In this document: positions 54,403 to 64,000 of the stretch, in pieces
Layout: every line of letters starts with the position of its first letter
Numbering within the stretch: position 1 is the stretch's first letter
Assembly: GCF_001194135.2 (NCBI RefSeq)
Contig: NC_069000.1
Span: forward strand, 2,853,094 to 2,917,093
Origin: Octopus bimaculoides
Taxonomy: Eukaryota
DNA: 64,000 nucleotides
Direction of reading: 5' to 3'
Program-made: the position numbers and the translations under genes
Notes under the pieces: generated by a model
The model's database searches: none
What the model saw: only the letters and a program-made list of their open reading frames with translations
Told to the model about the DNA's origin: nothing

Positions 54403-57400
54403 CCTTCAAGGTGTTATGTAAACAAGTTGTAAATTGTGTTGATGTTTACCTCGTCATGCTTTGATTGTGTTTTCTTATACCGTGATCAGTCATCTCTATC
54501 TGCAGATCGATTACGTGAAACTCTGAGTAACAATTTGTGAGTTTTTTTCAGCTTTGATGAAATTCCATGTGCTCTTCTTGCACGTGAGGGTGTATGCGCT
54601 TGTGGTTGTTCCTCGTAATTGTATCTGTGCTCCCCCCCACTTGGCAACCGGTGTTGCTTGTTAACATCCCAGTAACAGCATTTCTGTGAAAGAGCTAAGT
54701 ATGGAGGTCGATAAGTTCGACTAAGCCCTACATGATAGAACATGTATGGCATTCCAGTGCCTGAAACACGTCAAACATAAGCTATTTGTGTGTGGAAAAG
54801 TGAGAGTAAGAGGGAGAAAGAGAGAGAGAGAGTGAGGGAGATAGAGGGGAGGGAGAGAGAACGTGTTTTTGTATTTGTGTATTTGAAAACATTTGTAGGG
54901 AAATTTGTAGTCACGATGTTTTAAAGAAATACCTTTTCTGAAAATTGAATGCATTCAATTGTATAAAAATATCCTTTTAAAAAAGCAGTTTGAGACAGAT
55001 GTGGTTGAAGGATTTGTGTGCCGTTTTGAAAAGCTGAAAAGAGCAAAGAGCGATTACACAAAAGTTCCTTTAGAAGGAATAAGGTTAATCTGCATTTTAA
55101 TAAGTGTTTTGGATATCATTAATAATTTTAGTAATTCTCATACACAAATATACAAACACAGAAAAACAAGCATACATATAAATACACATACATATATAAC
55201 ATATGCATACATAGATACATATATATATATATAAATACATATATATATACACATAGATGTATGCATACAAGCATATATACACATACATACATATATACAT
55301 TCATACATGCCTATACATAAAATACATGCATACATATATATACACACACACACGTATGTTTGTGTGTGTGTGTGCGCGCGCGCTTATATGCGCATTTTCT
55401 TTCAGTGCATTTGATCATGCCTTTGTCTACCTGCAAATTTTATTCCAGAGTCTTTGCTTATAAGAAAATAATTTGTAGAACAGCCTCGAAAGAAAATTGC
55501 ATATTTCATTGCAGGTAGCAATAAAGTCTCAAACAAAATGGCAATAAAATCAGCAGATCGGGGAAAGCATTTCATTCATTTCGACAAATATGAATTCTTT
55601 CATTTTACCTTTCAGTCAATGCAAGTAAATTTTCATTTCACGTCACATTATATTTCGACACAGTTCAATCTTGATCTGCAACAGCAATTTATGACTGCGA
55701 ACATTCAATCTAGAGGGATCGGTATCTTTATTCAAATCACACGTCTCAACGTGTCAGCACATTCACAGTCTCCAGCTGTTTCCTTATAATGAATTAGAAA
55801 TGCATCTTATTCTCATGACAAGAACCAGGGAAGCAATTAATATGTTGGAATTGATAATCATCGCTTCCGGATAACGAAACCAATCCGAAAAATAGTCTTT
55901 CTTCTATTCAATGTAATTCTTTAAATATATTTTCAATACTTCACATTGAAGTGATTTATATAAATAAATATATACACCAAACAAATGTAGGTTTTTTTTA
56001 ATATTTATTTAATAATGGTCTCTAGGTTTAATAAATTCAATATAACTACACAAAAATACGTTTGATCTACAGAAATTTAGTTTCCTTTAAAAGCACCCTC
56101 ACCACTGCAGTGATAATCATCCAGTTACATACTTATTAAGTATGAGGGACATTCCAGAAATTTTGAGAATGTTAGTAGATACAATTATAACTTTTCTAGA
56201 TTATTGTAATATTAGTATATCATAGATATAAAGCTAATAAGCTGACGGGATAACTTTTGTTATTTCAGATATTAGAAGATGGTTGTAACAACGCTTTGTG
56301 TACACCCTACACTTTGTAGCAACTGACGAATTTGCAGAATGTAGTAGGGACTTGAACAAATTTAATGCAGAAGGCATTTGTCCAAGTACCATTTCTTAAC
56401 ACGCAACCACGTTAATGGATTTATGAAGGAAGAATATCGAATCAATAAACTTCAAGTTACTCCTTATTTCGGACATGTCGAATAAAGAGTAAGAGCAGCC
56501 ATTGTAACATATAATTATTTTTATTTTGGAACAATATACTGCAAATCAATGTAACCGGTGCACCAGCTGTTTAGATTTTCCACTTCATAGAAGTAAGCTA
56601 TAAAAGAGAAGCCAACGTCGCTATCTTTGCGCTCGAAATGGCAACTAAATGTTCTTCACATCATACTTTATTATCTAATAATGTTATGAATGCTGTTCTT
56701 CAATGATTTTTTAAAATCGTAAATTAAATATACCTTTAAATATGACGTGATGGTCACGTATTGAATTTCTTTCATCATTGAATTACTTGATTAAGACCGA
56801 TTAAAATAAATAAACACTAAACGCTACCACTCAAACGGTAAGTCTCTATAGAATTGCTTCAGCTGCAATAAATAGCAGCCAAACATCCCGCAAAAAAAGT
56901 TGTACTGTGTCGAAAATAGAGAAAAAAATTATGCATTCAAGTTAATTACACGATAACTTGAATTTATCAAGATCTGAACACGCTTAGCATAAGTCCATAA
57001 GAACAGGGTTGATCTGAGGATAAATAGTAAAATCTTTCAAAAGGATGAACTCCCTGGAGAAAATCTTGACTAATACTGTTTGCTAGAAATAAGGGCAGAC
57101 AAATTAGTCCCAAATCACACCTTTCTCTCTCTCAAAGGGAAAGAGACGCATTTAATGAAGTAAAACGTAATGATTAGTAAATTAAAATTAAGAAACTAGA
57201 CAAACAGCACCTAATGCATTTGACTGTACACTGCTTCTCATAAAAAAATGCATGATATAGAAACCGTGCAAGCTTTGAATATTCCAGGAAGTAAATACCT
57301 TTTTTCTGTTGCATCCAATTTCTATTTCTGCGTTTTGTTTATTAATTCGAAATAGCATGAATGTCAGAAAATATATACGCTTTTCTTTATTGTTTTTTGT

Positions 57401-58912
57401 CTTCTATAATACTGCCATTTATTTGCTTAATTACTATGGCTTATCATTGTTCTTATTTCAAATTTCACTTACCCTATCATATAAAGTTTCATTCTATTCC
57501 AACTTTGGCTTCAATTATTGAACATGTTTTAATTACAGACGATAAATTAGGACCATTTAATTCACTTCCATTTCCATTTCTGGAAATCTCTTGTCAAATA
57601 AGATATGCCCTTAATGGAAATATCACTAAATATTCCCCTATTAATTGTTATAAAGCTCATTAAATTAATTTAAAGAAAAATGATGAATTGCATATTTAAT
57701 TAAATGCTGCTTTTCTTGTTGATATTTAAAAAGTTTTCGTAGCGTGCAGTGTATACGATATAAATTTGAAATATTAATTACTTGAACGGATTATGTTTTT
57801 TCCGAAACATATTCCAGAAATAATTGCTAAAATTAATATGTTGAATACAATGACAAGAATCCTATCCCGCATAACGCCCCAACTGTAGGAAAGTAGAACG
57901 TAAAACTATCAGATCGATGGTTCGGTTACTTTCATTGGTTTGTGTTTAACATCTCGTACACTCTACAGTTAGTGATGAATTAAACAAGAAATTCATACTT
58001 AAAATAGCCCATGTTTCATTTACATTAGATTGACCATATCCAAATTTAAGTCACTTGCTGATTTCATACTATACGCTGTATACAGCTTTGGGTAGGAAAA
58101 TGCTTCATATTTCACGTGCCATTGGCGTGGCATTAGTGAGGTTAACGGTACGTGATAACGGTACGCTCACAGTGCTACAGTTTTATCACTTTCAATATTT
58201 ACTAGATGTGTAATGCCCCCGTTCTTACTTAGCGTTTACTTTTGAAAGGACTTGGGTGAATTGGGGACGATATTTGTTGGACCCTGTACAACTTGTTTCC
58301 GTTCACTTCTTTGCCAAATAAATTTTGTTTTCATTTGTGTATATTGAACAGTAATAAATTAAACTATATAGATATCACAATATATATTTACTCCAATATT
58401 TCAGGAACAAATTTCTGATAAGGAAATCTAATAAGCATTATTGTTTGCGATATCACGAATCCTGTCCGAATTCAAGGATAAAAAGAAAAGAAAAAACAAA
58501 TAGTCTACTAAGGTAATGATTCGTCTATGTTCTGATATATTCGATTCTGACCTCAAACAGCTTATGGTTTGCTTCAATCTAAGAGGAGCAAAGTTGTGTT
58601 GAGATGCTTACGATTATGGCTATCTCGGTTATAAATCACCCGATAATAGACAGAGTGGAACATGTCTGATGCGTAAACGGCCGTGCAGTTTTAAATGCGA
58701 GAGAGATTAAATCACAGGGTTAAAAGGAAATCAGTTATTAAATATTAAATATTCATCCGCACTATATATTACATTACCGACTAGACTATCAGACAGCGTT
58801 ATACACCGCTGTTCACATTGCGCTTCCTCGCGTTGTTGCAGCTTTTAAATGAAGTCACCATGCTGTCTCCGTGTGAAGGCCTATAACTATGTGTGTGTGT
58901 ACGTACATATGC

Positions 58913-58947
<35 letters not shown>

Positions 58948-61005
58948 AGTGTGTGAAGGGAAACCAGTCCACCTAATCAGAAATATGCGTGCGTGCGTGT
59001 GCCAGTATATGTTTTGCTTGTGGAGAGGAGACTGTGTATGTGTTTACGTGTGTGTACACGTGAGTGTGTGAGTGTGTGTGTATGTGTGTGTGTGTGTTTA
59101 ATTCTGTGTATATTTGAAATTTTGCAATGTGATTGTGTATTAATATTTAATTATTGATTTGACTAATAATCTGTTTCGCGTCTTATGTTGGAAAATAATT
59201 ATTTCATACTGGAAATGAAAATACACTGGTCTTTGATGTCATAGCTACATTATCCCGAGTTCAAAACAGAAATTAGATTGCAATAGTCAACACCTTATAA
59301 GAGAAAATAAAACGAGAGAGAAAAATGAAGATATTGTAATTAACACATCAACATAGAAATGAAAGCGAGTGAAAGCAAATTTTAACTGGTGACTTTACAA
59401 ACTTTGTAAACAGAACTCCAAGTAGAAATCAACAATGAAAAGAACAACGCAAATTTTTAGCGATAGACAGGAAATTTAATCATTCAAGTTTTAAGATATA
59501 TTTGTTAGGAACTATTGGTGTTATGTTTATGTCTTGGCAGGTAACAATAACCAACAAAATTCAACGACAAATTATTTCGTATCATCTTTAATTAATAATA
59601 ATCTTGGAGAAATAATCAAAATTTTCATGAAATATTTTGCATGAAGAGGAAACTAACTTCGTTCACTTGAGTTTTTATTCTTTGTTGTTTCACCTACATG
59701 TGCAGTACAGTAGATTTCTGCATGTCATTGCGCTGTTCGTTGACTCTATTGACCTTCAACGCTCATGTTTGCCCTTGTGACCCTGAACATGTACAATCCA
59801 GCTGCGAAATGTTATCTGCAAAAGGTGTGTATGACAACAGTTTGCAATGTTTATTTTGATTTGAACTATTCCTATTTATATGTTGGTAGTTTATGTCTTA
59901 AGGCTGTCTTGGCTTCTGTTTACCATCACGTTGTGCTATCATACAATGTCTCTTTCTTGCTCACTTGGTATGTAAATATAAATATTTCTAGCAGAAATAA
60001 ATATAGATGTCTGAATGTTTGTATTTTTTTTTACGCCCTGTTTATGAAAGAATTCGTCAAACATACGACGAGACGGAAGCATGTGTATAAATATACTTGT
60101 GGAGAAAATGTATTCGTTTAGGAATAACCTAAAAATATTATTTGATATTTCGTACGTCATTATTTACACACTCATTATACAAGTTTGTGAAAGTACAATA
60201 TTTTAACATTTTACTACACATCCACATACATGTACTCTACACTACTTCTCTCTTTCTCTCATACACACACACATATACACACTCACATACATATATCAGT
60301 CAGATTTTTAAGAAACCCAATATAGCGAAAGTAGTGTATTTCAACATATATGTATGCTTGTTTGGCTGGACGAGTGTATATATATTTACGTGTGTGTATG
60401 TATGTATGCGTGTTTTTAATTATATATATAAACGTATATACACACATGCATATGCATTTTTACAAGCACGCGCATACATACACGTATACATATATACATA
60501 CAGATACACACACATCAATATTCAGTTTTACGAAAGAACATCATATCTTTTAGCGTTTACGCAAGACATGGCATGTAAAAAGCAGGAAATGTTGAACATG
60601 AGTTCCGTCAGAAATATAAATATCCAACGATATAGGAGCCACCGCGTCTTTGACAGATGAAGAATTCATTTCTATTTTGTTATGAAAGCACGAGGTTTTC
60701 TGTCTACACAAAAAAAAAGTTTATCAAAATGTGAAACTTGGGGCTATTTTTTGATGCATTCTATATTTTTTTATTGAGTGACATTTCATTTTTATTTTCC
60801 GGTCAAGACATTTAATAATTTGAATATAAAAATAACCAATATTTCTTGTCTTAAGCACTCATGTGACTATTATGACAAAGAAAAAGTATATTTTGAGCCT
60901 GACAACAAATTGCTTTACGTTTAACAGTAAAAAAGATCACTGAATTTATGCAAAAATTGGAAACACGCATAAAAGTAACTTTGCAAATGTATCTACAGAA
61001 GCTCA

Positions 61006-61358
61006 GGCATGGCTGTATGGTAAGACATTTCATTCCCAAACACATGGTTCCAGTTTCAGTCCTACTACGTGTCACTAAACCCTTGTCGCGATCAAAGCCT
61101 TGTAAGTTGATTTGCTAGACAGAAACTGAAAGAAGCCCGTCTTATATACGTGCATGTGGGAATGGGTTTGTGTATCTGTGTTTGTCCCCCACCGTTACTT
61201 GGCAACTGGGGTTGATGTGTTTATGTTGCTGCAACATAGCAGTTCGGCAAAAGAGCTTATAGAATAAATATCAGACTTAAAAGATGTGTTACTCGGTTCG
61301 ATTGAAAGGAGTGCCCCAACATGCACGCGATGAAATGGCAAACAAGTAAAAGATAAAA
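61006..61358 (+). mobile_element. near full-length SINE family A copy
   Basis: Head GCATGGCTGTATGGTAAG...CACATGGTTCC, AAACTGAAAGAAGCCCGTC, body GCAGTTCGGCAAAAGAG, tail CAAGTAAAAGATAAAAG. Confidence 0.8.
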
Positions 61359-61492
61359 GTTAAATGAAAATAATTATATTCGTCTCTCTGTAACATAATG
61401 ACGTTTTTGTTTCGAAGGTATATTTGGTTCTTTTACTTGACTCAGTCATTAGACCACGACCATACTTTGGTTCTTTTCTCTAAAACTATATA

Positions 61493-61588
<96 letters not shown>

Positions 61589-63093
61589 GGTAGATAGATA
61601 GAAAACAGACAAATAGGTAGCTAAATAGATATATATATTGATAAATAGATAAATATACAGGCTGTGGGAAAGTGAGGAAAAAAGGAAAAAAGGCCGAGTG
61701 AATGAGTAGACGTTAAAAGTTGTATAAACGCAGTTTTTACACAACCGAGAAAAGCTATCGAATTAGTAGGAAAGTGAAAATATAAAATTTAAAATATGAA
61801 TAATTAAAAAAAAAAGCTATTCAATCAATATATTGATTAGGAGAGACACAAGGAAAAAAGTTTTTTTTTTAATGTTTTATGGAAACACGTGCAACATAAG
61901 TTTTATATTTTTAATTGAGAATAGGCTGTTTTGTGAGAACTGCAGCTGGTCGATAGAACAATATCTTGGAAGAGCTAATCAGAATCTATGAGTGAATGTA
62001 TATTACACACATATACACGAGCACATGCACACACAGACACACACGCGCCTGCACGCACGCATACATACATACATACATACATACATACATACATACATAC
62101 ATACATACACACTCATACTTAACTTATAGGTAACGACACGATAGCAAGTATCTTTTATGAAATAAGTAATTGTGTTTCCTTATGAGCAAGGCTAGGAAAT
62201 TTGGCATTGTATATCATGCGTTTTTTATTAATATCTTACTAGTGAGTTCCTTTTCGTTTTCTATTTCATATGCACAGAAGCACACACACGTACTGAAATT
62301 CACAATTCCATACACACTCTCACATACAGATATACACACATATATGAACGTAAAAGACTGTATATGATGGATGTACATGTTTTGACGACTTAACGATGGA
62401 TGTGAAGTTATAGAAAATAAGTTTAGCGCGGGATCTCATCGTCAGCCATATCTTTCACCTACTCTCTATCTCTCTCCGGCTTTCTCTCACTCCATATATA
62501 TATANNNNNNNNNNNNNNNNNNNNNNNNNNNNNNNNNNNNNNNNNNNNNNNNNNNNNNNNNNNNNNNNNNNNNNNNNNNNNNNNNNNNNNNNNNNNNNNN
62601 NNNNNNNNNNNNNNNNNNNNNNNNNNNNNNNNNNNNNNNNNNNNNNNNNNNNNNNNNNNNNNNNNNNNNNNNNNNNNNNNNNNNNNNNNNNNNNNNNNNN
62701 NNNNNNNNNNNNNNNNNNNNNNNNNNNNNNNNNNNNNNNNNNNNNNNNNNNNNNNNNNNNNNNNNNNNNNNNNNNNNNNNNNNNNNNNNNNNNNNNNNNN
62801 NNNNNNNNNNNNNNNNNNNNNNNNNNNNNNNNNNNNNNNNNNNNNNNNNNNNNNNNNNNNNNNNNNNNNNNNNNNNNNNNNNNNNNNNNNNNNNNNNNNN
62901 NNNNNNNNNNNNNNNNNNNNNNNNTATAATATGTTTATCATATGTCTATTCTACTGTAATTTTCTGCATTTTCCTGCAGCTGAAGATTGCCCTACATATT
63001 GCATTTAATGTAATGCTCGCATTACTTAAATAAATGGAGTAGCATGAAACGTGCGTACTGCAATCATCTTTGAAATCCGTGTTGCTTATTTTG

Positions 63094-63145
<52 letters not shown>

Positions 63146-63564
63146 TAGATAGATAGATAGATATACAAGCATGCAGATGGCGATATTCCTGCATGGTCGC
63201 AGTCTGACGATTGAATCAAATAAGAGTTAAACGATAAAAAGTTTTGTGAGCAGTTGCTTATGTGTGTGATTGTTTGCTTGTTATGTAAGTATATACGTAT
63301 GTTATGTATGTACGACATGTATGTAAGTATGTATGTATGTATGTATGTCTATGTGTGTGTATATACAGTGTTTATTCCTTGGCATTATTTCCAATCGTAA
63401 ACATTCTGAATGAGCAACTACGGCTATGCAGAACGCAATAAATTACAAAGAAATCGACGTTGTTATACAGTATTTGTTCGCGAAACTTCTTTGTAAATTT
63501 TGTTTTAATTTTCTCCAACTCTCTTTTAAATTCTGTCGTCTTGTCTGTATTTCTTGTAACCCAG

Positions 63565-63632
63565 CGCTGGCTACAGGCAAACTAAGGCAAATACAAGATT
63601 CCATTCCCATGTCAAACATTCCAGAAAACGAA
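63565..63632 (+). CDS. candidate 68-nt exon (ALATGKLRQIQDSIPMSNIPENE), gene unknown
   Basis: Long pyrimidine-rich acceptor ...TCTGTATTTCTTGTAACCCAG, donor GAA|GTAACA; two frames are open, so the frame is ambiguous. Confidence 0.25.
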
Positions 63633-64000
63633 GTAACATTTATTTCGTTTGTTATTTCGATATATATGTATATATGTATATATATCAGTAGTTTATGTAC
63701 AGTGAGATAATTGAGTTTTTTTGTTAATAGTGTGTTTTCTATAAGAATGAAGAAAAGAAGAAAAGCAAGGAAGAAAATGAAAGCGACGAGGAAGGAAATG
63801 TAGGGAGAAAAAGTGAGGTGGAAGGAGATGAAGAAGATGGTGAATAGAGAGAGAAAATTAACATATGATAAGGAAAAATTGTTGGTTACTTAGGGCATGC
63901 GCTTCAAAATTAAAGAATATGTATGCATAGATAGACATATGTTCATGAACATACACAGACACGCCTATTGATGCATACACACACCAAATAGAAGACAGAG

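Noticed and set aside
59714-59824. Cys-containing exon-like segment with possible splice signals on both strands
   Set aside because: Poor acceptor on the plus strand, stops in all minus-strand frames and no homology
1-64000. tRNA, rRNA or snRNA genes and CRISPR arrays
   Set aside because: All A/B-box matches are SINE heads without a full cloverleaf; there is no repeat-spacer structure or rRNA-like sequence

Overview
AT-rich, microsatellite-saturated eukaryotic non-coding DNA from a short-read draft assembly, with 8 N-gaps, most flanked by (AT)n. The tRNA-derived SINEs and LINE 3' ends match sequences I recognise from Octopus, so this is probably a coleoid cephalopod (recall, no database search). 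I identified no complete gene, RNA gene or CRISPR array. Nearly all ORF-track entries are translations of microsatellites, N-gaps or SINEs. The window holds about 25 SINE copies from about 4 families, three R4/Dong-type restriction-like-endonuclease LINE 3' ends in or next to (TAA)n-type tracts, an RTE LINE fossil, a mariner fossil and a hAT MITE. The best lead is a minus-strand site at 22186-22295: a strong 3' splice site followed immediately by a consensus 5' splice site, with a second identical donor 76 nt downstream. This is the architecture of a recursive-splicing ratchet point with an RS-exon. A few unassigned exon-like segments and two probable assembly artefacts are also reported.
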